Source of the DNA: Tubiluchus corallicola
Lineage: Eukaryota; Animalia; Priapulida
Assembly (NCBI GenBank): GCA_030141605.1
Contig: JAQGDQ010000064.1
Location: 362,116-426,115 of the forward strand
Length of the DNA stretch: 64,000 nt
Direction of reading: 5' to 3'
The position numbers were made by a program, and so were the translations under genes. Below the pieces are notes generated by a model. The model was not told the DNA's origin. It was given only the letters and a program-made list of their open reading frames with translations, and did not search any database. Positions 52,192 to 64,000 of the stretch are shown here, in pieces (the first letter of the stretch is position 1; each line of letters starts with the position of its first letter).

Positions 52192-55100
52192 ATGTGGAGT
52201 TCTTCCTCTCCCAGTCATTCTCCGGACTCTCGGTCATCGCTGTCTCATGATTATAACAAATATGACATTGTCAAGGCAACTCAGTATGGTGTTATAGATC
52301 GTTGTCAAGAATTGATAGAAGCAGGTAATGTGATTTAAATAAAAAATATTGTCACTAGAGTAAAGAGAAATTATTGAGATAAGCGATCAAATTAAATCAG
52401 TAACCAATGTATTTTTTGTTCACATTATCAACCATAAACATTTTGTTTTTATTATTGAGGCCATCTGTCTATAGTATAATTTTTAATTGCAGTTGTTGTT
52501 GTTTTCAACATGCTTTCAATTTAAACTGGTAAACACTTTGGGTGGTAAACTGATAAACACTTTAAGGTATATGTGTCACTATGTGTGTGAAACAAGTTGC
52601 AACTCAATGTAATTTCTTGCAATCTGATCGAAATCAATAAACTAGTCAGTACTGTAATTAGAAGTTGTCCACTTGTAATACTGCTTAAACTGATACTATA
52701 ATTGGACAAAACGGTGCATTTTCTTTTTGGAAGGTTATGGTTTGGTTGAGTTTTAGGGTTAGATAAAAGTCACGATATTAGCAAAAATTGTTTTTATTTT
52801 GTCGATTTGCTCATGTCTTTGTTTAGTATTTCTACTAAAACATACCTCGACAGAGGACTATGTGTATATTTTTTACGATGTGTTGTAGTTTTGCAGATAG
52901 ACTAGCAAGATGGTGCTACTAGTATAAGCAGTATAAAATTTAGCAAGAAATCAACACAAAAAAGTGTCTTGGGAAAGCTATGTATCCCTTCGCTCATAGA
53001 AATCATCAATTTCTGCTTAAATGATCATTTTTTTAATTGTACATCACTTTAATTGGCATCACTCTAATGAAATTTGACATTAATCGAGAAAAATAAATAA
53101 GAGCCATGATTTTTTTTAAATTTTAATGATGCAAATTGCAATTTTTATTTTTATTTAGCTAACTTCACGACTGAACTAAGAGTTTAAACAGTTGGTAAAA
53201 ATAATCGTGTGAAATGAAGTATGATGCCATTGTGTGGTGATGAAATATAATGCCATATTAGTTGTCACAAAATTTTAAACATGTTTAAACTTTAAAGTGT
53301 TAGAATCAGTCTAGGATCATGGCAGGTCCACAGGAATGTATTAAAATCTGTTATAGGTAAATATGAGTTTCTTTTAACTAGGATATGATGTGAGACAGCC
53401 AGATGCTGAAAATGTCACATTGCTTCATTGGGCTGCAATTAACAACAGGAAAGAACTTGTTAAGTATGTCTAAATTACTATGTTTATTTATATATTTGTT
53501 TGTATGTATGTATCTTTGTTTGTTTGCATAGTTTCTTAACATTATATGTAGCATCTGAAATGTTTCTGATCTCAGTGCATTTAATCTTGAACTGGGATTT
53601 TATGTTTACAGGTATTACATGTCAAAAGGTGCTTACGTTGATCAATTGGGTGGTGATCTCATGTCCACACCTCTGCACTGGGCTACAAGGTAATTAAAGG
53701 AAGACGGTATGATGTTTCATATACTACTCCATTTCAAATGCAGTAAAAAGTATATGTTTTAACACTGATAATACTGCAAAAGCATTCTGATAATTAAATA
53801 ATGGATTAAAATATTATTTAATGGTGGTCGAGCTCAACTATTGATGACATCACAAACGAATATAATTTTCAACAGCAGAAAACATTCCATGAGCGTTTGC
53901 GCGTGTTTGCAAAATTGAAGTACAGTGTAGAGATTCAGTGTGTTGTATTAGAACTCGGCAAATTTGAAGATAAAAATTCAAATTTCAACATTACCACTGT
54001 GCTCACGCATGAGCTGTCGAACATGTGCAGTTCACAAACGAATACCTCTGAACTGAGAAGTACAGCACCCTTTTTTTGTACTATACGTTCTGAAATGCGG
54101 GCGTTAGTGCCCGTCTAACTAGCGAAAGGCGAAATGCATGTGACAGCGAAGAACTAGTGGCGTGAACACAAAATTGCATTTATGTGGTTATAATTCTTTC
54201 ACCTAAGTCATTTTTTTAAAAAAATGTTTCCTTTCAATATTTTAAAGAGTAAATTATTTTGAATATACAGTTTAATATTGGGTCCAGTTTTCCTTTAAGT
54301 GTTTTGTCATATTTTTGTATGTAGTGTGATATGGTATATTGCAGTTTTTCAAATGACACTGAAATTAAAAATCAAAATACTTCACTGATAGGTTTTGATA
54401 AGTTCACGACATAATATTCCCTTGTTCTAACCAGAAATTACTCTCTCATTTGCAACACTTTATGCATTTCATTTGCATGTAGTTTATTTTTCCATATTAT
54501 TAGAATTTCAAGTGATAAAATTGATACGAGTACATAGAATAGAGGAAGGTACCCAAAAATATCAATTATTTTGTTTTGCCAAATATTTTAACAGACTAAG
54601 GAACGTTTAACTTGTTTTTAGGCAAGGTCACCTTCAAATGGTTGTACTATTGATGCAGTATGGGGCCGATCCGTCGTTACGAGATGGTGAGGGTTGCAGT
54701 GCAATTCACCTGGCTTCCCAGTTTGCTCACACTTCTATCGTGGCCTACCTCATTGCCAAAGGACAGGACGTCAACATGCCCGACAGAAATGGAATGACAC
54801 CGTTAATGTGGGCGTGTTACCGTGTTGTGAAGTATGCGTGCCTGTAAATTATTAGACTTTAAATTTAAATATTTATGTATAATCCAATAAAAATAATTAA
54901 ACTAATTAAAATAAATTAATCTAATAAATGAAACTAAAATGAAATAGAAATTCAATTAATGATGAACTTTAAATTTTGGTTAGACAGATAATGGATTATT
55001 TTGTTCCTGATGAAGTAAGTCATTTATTTTCAATAACTTAATTTTTGTGGAATATTGCAAATTTCAAAATGCTATTTGTATTTGTATCTGTAATTTATTC

Positions 55101-58100
55101 ATATTTTGGAATTCAGCAAACTTATGTTTTTTTAGAGCGCAGCCTTATTTCAAAAAAGCATCAATAAAGCAGTAGAATGATGAACTCTTTCCCAGAGAAG
55201 GATTTTGAGGGATTTGGCCTTGGTTAAACAGCTCTTATTGAGCTTAAAAAAATATCAAAAAATTTGGGCTAAATCCGCTTACATATGTCTCAAGTCTAGT
55301 TTGTGACTTTAAACTTTAATAACTTGTTTGATTTTTACTGAAACCTTGCAGTCCAGACCCTACAAGACTTTTGCTCACATTCTCTGCAGACGTTCACGTT
55401 AGAGATCGGGTACATCGCAATACAGCACTACACTGGGCTGTTATTAGTGGTAACCATGCTGTAGTTACACTACTTCTAGATGCTAGTGCAAATTTGGATG
55501 CTCGTAATGACAAGGTAAACGCTAATATTTAGCTTTTCTTTGGTAGTTTCATATTCACTTGTTTTGGTAAAGCTTTCAAATTACTGGAGATATTTTTCCT
55601 TGGCTGAGTTACTTAGCTAGTCAAAAATCGGAGCAAATTTGTTATAACTTCATAAACATAAAGAAACAAACTTACAGCTAAACAGTAAGTAATAATTTAT
55701 AAATGGCTGAGATAGTATAGTAATTCCATTGACCCATTTTTGTGGGTAATAAAGAATTTTGCTTAATAAATCAAATTTCATTACTTTTATCTTAGTATGT
55801 GTTCTGACCTGGCAAACTAGGCTTTGTAGGCCTATTGCGTACACTGCATCCAAGTTTTTATTTTGTTTTTGGCTAACATTTTATGGTTGTTTTCCTGCAT
55901 AGGAAGATACTCCTTTAGATCTGGCAACTTCAAAGAACAATTGGTGGATAATAAACAAGTTAAAAAGTGCCAGAGAAGAACGGGGACTCGATCACACGAA
56001 TATGCTACAGAGATTCATTAAAGATAAGGTCTTTTTAATTTTCTTTGTTTTTCTTAAAAAATGGTAAATTACTGCTGTCTCAGCTGTATTTACTGGGGAG
56101 GAAACTAGAGAATGCCATTTAAACTTACTTCATAAAAGAAAAATTTCAGAATCGTGAGTTGAAGTCAGGGAAGTTACGTTTTAACATTATTTAAAGAGGT
56201 TGCTGTAGCTTTTTGCTTATGAGACTTGTATATATATATATCTATTGCTTTTGCTTTTTGTCATATTTTAAAATTAACCATATTTATTTTGTTACCTTTA
56301 GCAAGTTAACCATTTCTTTGCACATGAAGCAAGACAAACTTTAAAAATAACGGTAGAATCTAAAACTGTGTTTTGACAAACTCGGTCAGTCACTTCTTTA
56401 TGTAGAATTCTTCCAGTATGTTTTATTTTCTTTAAATTCTAACAATTTTAATTATGTCAGTTTCAGTGGCTTAGCGTGGGATGTGCGGTCTGCACAGAGC
56501 GACCAATACTATCAGGTGGCGCAGAAAAAATGTGCCGATGTTTAGACTACAATAATATTAGAAGCAAGTGATCTCCAAAGTTGAAATTTCACAACATAAT
56601 ATTATAATGCATTGACGTTTGGCTGTGAAAGTTGCACGTTTGTTGTCTTAGTAGTTTTTAAGTTACGGTGAAAAGCTGAAAGTTTAAGCTGAAAAGCTTT
56701 TGCATGTTAAAAAATTAAATATTGGAACAATGTCAGCTATAATCGTCAACTGAAAAACAGCTGGTCTGACGTATAAGGCATTCAGTACATGACAGCAAAA
56801 ACAACAAATAAATCGACCAGTTTACATGGCTGTCTTCACCACAAGAAATACAGTACTGAAAAATGCTTGTTGAAAAAAAATTCTTTAAAGTACAGAATGT
56901 GCAGTTTACTTGAAGAGAAAGTGCACAATGGCCGTTCAGAGCCGTTTGATGAGGAGGAACTAAAGGTAGAAATTGTTGAGCGATGGGATAAAATATACTT
57001 TAAAGTAGGCCTACTGAGAAACAGTGTCAGATGCTGAAAGAAAAACCTTCATCTAATTTGCATTGAAAATCTTGTACACATAGAGCATTTACTATAAATT
57101 TGTTTACGGAATCACTTAAGGTTCATAATACTAATACGGAATAATAATATGGAATAACTTAATTTTGAAGAGACCAGAATGGTCTTTGCAATTCAAAAAG
57201 TCAGAAGGTCGTTAAGAACCTTAGCCCTTATATGAAGTGATTATGAATATATTTATAATATATGAATAAATACATGTGTTTGTAGCGGCCCAACATGTGT
57301 AACATTTGAGAAATGTGACGGCCAATTTTGCTACTGCACAGGGCGGCCAAACCCCACGCTACGCCACTGATCAATTTATTGCTTATTCATCCATCTTCTT
57401 ATTAATAATAAGCACAGTAGTAAATATTGGGTTGGCTAACTCGATGACTTATGTTCATTTGCCACCCCTTCACCTATATATATAGTAACAAAAATTAATA
57501 TTATTATGTTATATCTTGTTTCAGTTTTCATGACACTGTATTAATATTTTTTTACTAACAAGTGAAATATAAACAAATTTTATTCTAATTCTTTAGGAAA
57601 GCAAATAAAATTTACTTAAGTTTTAGTACGTAATCTCAAGATGTCAAATTCACAGTTTATGCTCCTAATGTACAGCCTCTAAACAGTATAAGTTATAATA
57701 TATCTAGTATTAATGTTATTGTTTTTGCTTGCAGGTTGTCCGCTGGAGCATCATGTGGTTGTCTCCACTCTTGGTCATTCTCATTATTGGTGCCATTTTT
57801 CAAATTGATAGCAAATGGTGGGAAAAACTCATTATGTTTGCTGCACTACTAGTCATATTTTATTTTGCTCGCAAGTAAGTTAATATTATTGATGATATTT
57901 TACTAATAAATACATAGCGTTCGTAAGAATAGACTTTGAACAGCAGTAAGCCTTAAAATAATTGAATTTTGACAATTTGAGAAACATACATATGGGTTCA
58001 ACTTTTGTCACCATTAAATATTTATTTTATTATCGGATAAAATTATAAATATGTGGTTCAGCTCAAATTCTGGCTGAGTAGAATATTTTGTTTGTCCAAT

Positions 58101-61100
58101 GCAGGGAGAGTTATGCTAAGTTACCATATGTAAAAGTTCTCAAAGAATTTGGATCCAAGAAACATGTTATATCTCACTTGGATGTTTGTCCAATTAACAG
58201 AATTAGCAGGTCCGTGAAGAATAAAACTCCTTAAAAGTGACTCGAGTATTGATACTCGAACTTGGCAGTCATGAGCTATTTAAAGGGGGAATATCATGAA
58301 AATCAAGTTAAACTTATTTTATAGTTGCCTTCCCCGGGAACAACTTGGCAAAAAAATTTTAGCAGTACGTTGTCTAATTAATGAGTAATTAACTTTTTTG
58401 TATCTCGCGGGAAATGCCATGGAGCTGCACTTACGCCTCTCCTGGTGAAAAAATTGAACTAGCGCAGCTCAGGCTGATGACGTAACAGAGTGTACCTGCA
58501 GCTTATTGTGATATTGTCATACACGACTGGGCTAAAAATAAAGCTGTTATTACTACATTACAGCATTTGATAGGTAGGTAGGTAGCCAGCTGACAGAAAC
58601 GATTGTCATTGCACTCGTTAACATGTTTTCATCAAAAGCGATGTATTTTACTACTGTCGAAAGTTATAGGTCCATTATAGTATATTCTAATAGAGTGTAA
58701 ACAATCATTGCGCAAAAGTAGGCCTACAGCACATTGTGAAAATTCTTGTGGCATTAATTGAAAACATCGTCAGCAATACAAGCTGCAAACGTGTGGGCCT
58801 TGGTAACAAAAGTTCTTTTCTTGTAAAACAAGTCCGATATAGTAACTTCATTCTGCTAGAAGAATTAATGAATTTGTAAACACAGAGAAACTCACTGAAG
58901 CATAACTATAATGCTAGTGTGACCATTTTTAGTGACAGCTTCATTTTATCTGCCTTGACAAAAAATATGTGAACCCCATGGACACAGAGACTATAACATA
59001 TTAGCTGTAGTCTTATCGATTAAACATATATGAACATTTTTAACTTTGTCGTGTTTCAGTTAAATCAGTAAGACTTTTAATATCAACCAGAACTTGTTTT
59101 TGGTGTAAGGATTAACAATTTGCATTTGTCAATTTAGGATTTACAATGCTTTTTCTTTAGTTAATATTCAAAATTCAGAAAAAAGCATCACAAATAAAAT
59201 TTTAGCGTGAAAAATTACATTACATAATGTAATTGTGATATTTTTATTAAAATGGTTACAAATCTCGAGATGACTAAATTGCATCGATAAACTATGCACT
59301 TGGGCTTAAAATGAAACAAAAAAGACACTACAAAAAACTGCATCTCACTGAATCTCTACGAAAGTGTAAGCACAATATTTTTAAGACTGGAGTTCATCAT
59401 GTTCTAAACTCACGTTTCCAAGCAAATAGCCGAGAAATTATCACACAGGTTGTAGGAGTGTATCCAGGCTTTTAGATTGTACTTTCATTGCTTCAATAAT
59501 TTTCCTCTATCATTGGAAACTATTATATGGAAAAGTTATTATATTTTGGCTTCGTATTTCAATTCTTTCCATCTGACTGCTGCATCCCGTCTAATTGCTG
59601 AATCCTAGTGTAACACATTCCACGACCGTTTTGCAATAAGAACAATCAAGACCAAAACCTAGAAAATCACGCGTTCAATTCACAATAAGCTAACCTTTGC
59701 CATGATACCTTCACTACATATAAACTGCGTAAAAGTACTGTATGCTGAATGCTGTTTGTCGATCTAAGCAAATATTCAAACAAGTGTTGCGTACAATCAT
59801 TCTTCCCTTGGGCATTTTGCCCAGTTTCATCTGTAGTACGGCAATTTCGCCACCAGAGGCGCAGGTGAGAAACATGCTCAATGGCGGCCTAGTTAAAGGT
59901 TCGTTTTATGTACAATTTTATCCGCACTTTTGCCAAGGATTCTTAAACATGAAATTTTTGTGAAGAATTAGGTACGTAATTCTATTCACAATATAATCCC
60001 GAGTTATTCAAGCTCAACTTAATTTTGGTGATATTCCCCCTTTAAGTGAAGCATACTTGTGTAACAACTCAACTATGAACTCGCCAAAAATTGCAATGCT
60101 GAACCGACCAATTTCCGTGAAATAAATCTTTTTTCCGTCGTTTTTTTGTTCGCATAACCACTCGACTTTGACACCACAAATCACAATGCTGAGCTGGCCA
60201 ATTTCCAAACGATAAATCTTTTTTCCGTCACTTTTTGTTATCTTTTCTACCTGAGTTTAATAGAAGAGCTACTAAAATTTACTTATTATCGATGCTTGTG
60301 TAATCCGTTAAGTACCTAGTTCATGAAGCTCGTGTATTATTTTCAGGTTCTTTTTTGATGATCGTGTGATGGACATTGCACCACTCGCAGTCTTCGGGGG
60401 AACAATACTCCTTAAATATGTTACATTTTTCTGCTGGATGTGGCCTAATATCCTTTTAAATCAGTGGTTCCCAAACTTTCTCGGACCGTTACCCAAATCG
60501 GGAAACCCGGTCGTGTCCATTACCCCCCACCTAGTACTACTTCTCCAACTCAAAAAGTAAACACACGTATATGCCACAAGCAAGCAAAATTATTTATGTT
60601 TGCTCGTGACATAAATAAATTTCCAGGTGTTGTTGTTGTATTGTTGCCAAAACAAGAATTACAATTACTGAACCTGCTCATTACTGAGTGAGCAGGTTTG
60701 TTCGAGTAATTATTACTCGAACAAACGAAAACAAGAAGAAATGAATGACAACAACAAAATCTCAGTTAGTGGGACGGATGAGCCTGTTTTTCGGACGCCA
60801 GTTTCTCAATCGTGGGTTTCGTCAGGCTCAAAGCAACGCGTGCATCACTTTCCACGTCCAACCTATTTCTTTTCTTTGTTTTCATGTTCATTATGGACGA
60901 AAAACCTTGTTCACACAGATACGTTGTTGAAAAACACGTGAGAATATTCAATGCCCGTTCTGCAAGGACTGGTGAACTGGCCATCTCTCCTATCCAGAAC
61001 TCTTCCAGAATGCATTCCGAGCGAAGTTTTAAAAATTTTCAGAGGGGTGCCCGTTACCTCCCCAAAAAAACCATATTACCCCCGGGGGTAATTTACCCCT

Positions 61101-63967
61101 ACTTTGGGAACCACTATTTTAAATCAACCATTGTCATATTTTGTATAAATGTGATATAAATAAGCTGTAGAACTTTTCATTTTTTCCAGTCACTTTCTTG
61201 CAGGCAAACATACAATTTTTACAGCTAGTCATTTGTAAGTACAGGTTGTGTTGTCTGGGGATAACGAAGGTCCTAGACTCCGTCATGCTTGGCATGTCTC
61301 TAAAGAGAAGTCATAAGTCATTTACTTTCACACTAAAACATTTGCAATTTTTATGTAAAACAATCCTGCGGGTAGGCCTACAACAAACATGTACAATTTT
61401 AGTTTACTGTTTGCTTTATCATTGGAATAAGAAATGCCTCACACTTACTCCTGTCTGTATATATATGTAAATGTGTTGTGGGACAATCAGAAAGCAGGAC
61501 TTATTAGATTGTCCCACCCTGTGAAAGAAAAAGAATGGATGAAAAACGAAATTGCGAGGTGATAGAGAAAAAATTGGTGAATTAACCAAACTAGCAGCTG
61601 ACTGGTTCCTTAGCTAGCAATGTAGAATGTTTTTATTGAGCTGCACTAGCCAGCCATGCCAACTAGTTGCACCATTTACAAATCAAACGTATGATCACAC
61701 TGTATTATTCTAACAGGGACAACTTGACCTGAGGTGGGATTAAAATTGTTTAAAAAACCAAGATGTAGGAACTAGTAATCTCTAGAACATGACAGAGCCT
61801 TTCATTGTGTTATCCATTAGACTGCTATATGTTGGTTTTTTAATGTGTACGTCTAAATTTTTATTCATAGTACATTTCGTACATTAACATGATGAAGTGG
61901 TTTGTGCTCTTAACATGACTACTCTCCAGAACTGTTATTCAGCCATTGCTAGTGATTGTCTTCTCAATAGCGTTGTGGTACTATTTCCTCAAATGTTGGA
62001 AAATGGACCCAGGAATTGTCAAAGCCACCACTGAACAGAAGTACAGAGTGAGTATGTTCATCTGAAGGATATTATTTGTGTGAAATTGTATGTATGGTAT
62101 GTGTTGATATGATGATTTTTGATATGGGTTTAATATTTTTGTAATGTTGCTTGTTTTGCTTTTTGATACGGTGCTACAAACTCTGCTTTCTGACTATCTT
62201 GCAATACATTTGCTGAGGGGAGAATAAGAAAGTAACTCAATGAGAAACAAGATTTTACTATACTTAATTACAGGTGGGTAAATAGTATAAATATATGTCA
62301 CTTTAACCATATAACTGTTATATATAAAAATATAATTGTTACAAATACTGCAAGATTTTTTTTTCATAAATTTATATATTTGTAATTAACTCCATGCTGT
62401 AATTCAGTTCATTGAGTTTGGCTGTTACAGGAAATCTTTAACTACACTTTGAAAGATCGTTTGTTGCACGCCACTATGTGAAGACACAATATTACTGCAC
62501 GCAAACTGAAAAAAGGCGTGCGGAAAATTTTTGTCAAACACAAACGTTACCTTAAACGATCTCCGAGTTTTTTGGTAGTATTTTATTTATTTATTTTAGG
62601 CTGTTGAATTACTCAAAAACTATTTTGACTAGCATATTACGAAAATCGGATAGCAAATATTTGCAAATGTCAAATTTTTGTAACTACCAGATAATATTGG
62701 ATACAGATATTTAATTTCGTGAATGTCGCGGATACGAATCGTATTTCCGGAGCAACACTATTTTAAAGTACCAACCATACCAGTGAACCAAGGATCTGGT
62801 AGTCCCTGAACATGACAGAGAATTGATACTAGTGCACTCCATGTTGTAAATGTGTTATGCGAAATAGTGACTTGCAACTTATGACTAAGTAAACTAAGTA
62901 AATTCACTGTCTTGCAGACCGTGATAGAACTGGCGGAACAGGATTCGTTCGACCTCAGTTGGTTTTGTACTACTTGCATTGTCAAGAAGCCTGTGCGATC
63001 AAAGCATTGTACATCATGTAATAAATGTATAGCCAAATTTGATCATCATTGCCCTTGGGTGGGAAACTGTGTTGGTAAGTTTTATGCGTAGATATGATTT
63101 GTTTGCTGTATTAGCTAGTACCACTTGGGACAGTAAGCAAAGAAAAATTCTTCTGTGAGGTTATTGAGCAGCAATCTCTTGTAACTGTTTCCATGACAAA
63201 ATATTTAATATCTTGATGGCATGCATTTATTAGTAATTTTTATTAGTACAGCGCTTGATCTATATAAAAACAGCATAATAGAACATCGTAACACAAAATA
63301 TATTCAAGTATAATACAAATTCAGGTAATGATTGCATTTCAATTCCTGTTGAATGCAGATGTCTAACTGGCACGTAATAAGTATCTTTTCAGGCTACCAT
63401 AGCAACATTCAGTCATTCAGTTTTGCTGTGTGATGTAATTTGTTTATTTTTCTTCTACTATAATTAAATGACATTCTGGAATTCTATTTGATTAATTTTA
63501 TGTAACCCAATGAAGGGAGTAGTGCCTTTTCTGAAATATTGTGAATACTAATAAACCTTGTTTTGATTAACTACTTCTTCATTTTTATTATGTATACACG
63601 ACCTCACTTATTAATAGTAGAACATTGTTATTAAAAGTAAAAGCTCAAAGCCAAGATTGTGTTGCGTTTGTCTTAGATACCCAAATACTTGAATATTAAG
63701 TCAACTATGGTCAGCTTTTCTCTGATCATCTTGGTTGAGTTTTTAATTGATTTGAGATATATATATATATATAATTTTTATTTATTTTAAGTGGATTTAA
63801 ACATTTATGTTACCAACTAACCAAAGAATATTCTTGCCATAGTTTTATTATCATTAACGTCTTTGTTACTGTTAATTTTTTAGGTGCATTGAATCATAAA
63901 TTCTTCATTGGCTACTTGCTTTCTATGTTGATTCTACTCGTCACGTACCAGTACTGTACTATTTACT
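52192..63967 (+). CDS. ZDHHC17: Ankyrin-repeat DHHC palmitoyltransferase (HIP14), 3' end outside the window, 11 exons seen
   Basis: Exons 52192-52324 (..[21 protein letters not shown]), 53382-53463 ([23 protein letters not shown]), 53612-53689, 54622-54831, 55352-55514, 55903-56028, 57735-57874, 60347-60447, 61923-62047 (..DPGIVK), 62918-63074 ([37 protein letters not shown]), 63884-63967 (GALNHKFF). The DHHC motif is intact (ZDHHC13 has DQHC). The start ATG is tentative; an in-frame TAA lies at 52186. Confidence 0.95.
53698..54294 (+). mobile_element. Kolobok-like non-autonomous element in ZDHHC17 intron 3
   Basis: TTAA TSD (53694-97, 54295-98); short TIR aggaagacgg / ccagttttcct with AG termini; second copy at 26948-27570. 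Confidence 0.75.
56464..57369. mobile_element. hAT MITE containing a nested Tc1/mariner fragment (about 56512-57100)
   Basis: TIR cagtggcttagcgtggg / cccacgctacgccactg; degenerate 8-bp TSD gtcagttt/atcaattt; interior similar to 22675-23180 and encodes [14 protein letters not shown]...HIEHL. Confidence 0.75.
58284..60041. mobile_element. Kolobok-like non-autonomous element, 1.76 kb, in ZDHHC17 intron 7
   Basis: TTAA TSD (58280-83, 60042-45); TIR agggggaatatcatgaaaatcaagtt versus aacttaattttggtgatattccccct. Confidence 0.82.
60095..60238. repeat. Diverged direct duplication, period about 91 bp
   Basis: aatgctga..ccaatttcc...ataaatcttttttccgtc at about 60095 and 60186. Confidence 0.75.
60448..61922 (+). 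other. U12-type (minor spliceosome) AT-AC intron of ZDHHC17
   Basis: 5' site |ATATCCTTTT at 60448; branch-like gctCTTAAC at 61906-61914; 3' end ..gactAC| at 61922; joining restores the frame ([20 protein letters not shown]). Confidence 0.9.
60462..61116 (-). mobile_element. hAT (Charlie/Buster-type) deletion derivative inside the U12 intron
   Basis: 8-bp TSD ttttaaat (60454-61, 61117-24); TIR cagtggttcccaaa / tttgggaaccacta; transposase C-terminus [42 protein letters not shown] at 60766-60984. Confidence 0.92.
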
Positions 63968-64000
63968 GTAAGTGATTTTTGTGCAGATTTACTGGTCACA

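Overview
This is AT-rich, intron-rich metazoan (probably invertebrate) nuclear DNA, not prokaryotic; most entries in the ORF track are spurious or are exon fragments. I assembled four spliced genes by hand. (1) A 5'-truncated GNPTAB (GlcNAc-1-phosphotransferase alpha/beta precursor, + strand, 18 exons seen, stop at 15700). (2) A complete 14-3-3 epsilon (+, 5 exons, 262 aa). (3) A complete two-LIM CSRP/muscle LIM protein gene (-, 5 coding exons, 194 aa), convergent with 14-3-3. (4) A 3'-truncated ankyrin-DHHC palmitoyltransferase ZDHHC17/HIP14 (+, 11 exons seen). Introns and the CSRP-ZDHHC17 interval hold many DNA-transposon derivatives with readable TIRs/TSDs (hAT, Kolobok, PIF/Harbinger, pogo/Tc2, Tc1/mariner, a Ginger-like element nested in a hAT) plus CR1/L2 LINE relics. 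The most notable observations are a U12-type AT-AC intron in ZDHHC17 with a hAT element inserted against its 5' splice site, the CSRP-ZDHHC17 neighbourhood also seen in vertebrates, an atypical site-1-protease cleavage motif in GNPTAB, a candidate intronic H/ACA-like RNA, and a piece of the CSRP 3' region copied into its own intron. I found no CRISPR, rRNA or tRNA, and I cannot support a wholly novel protein system here.
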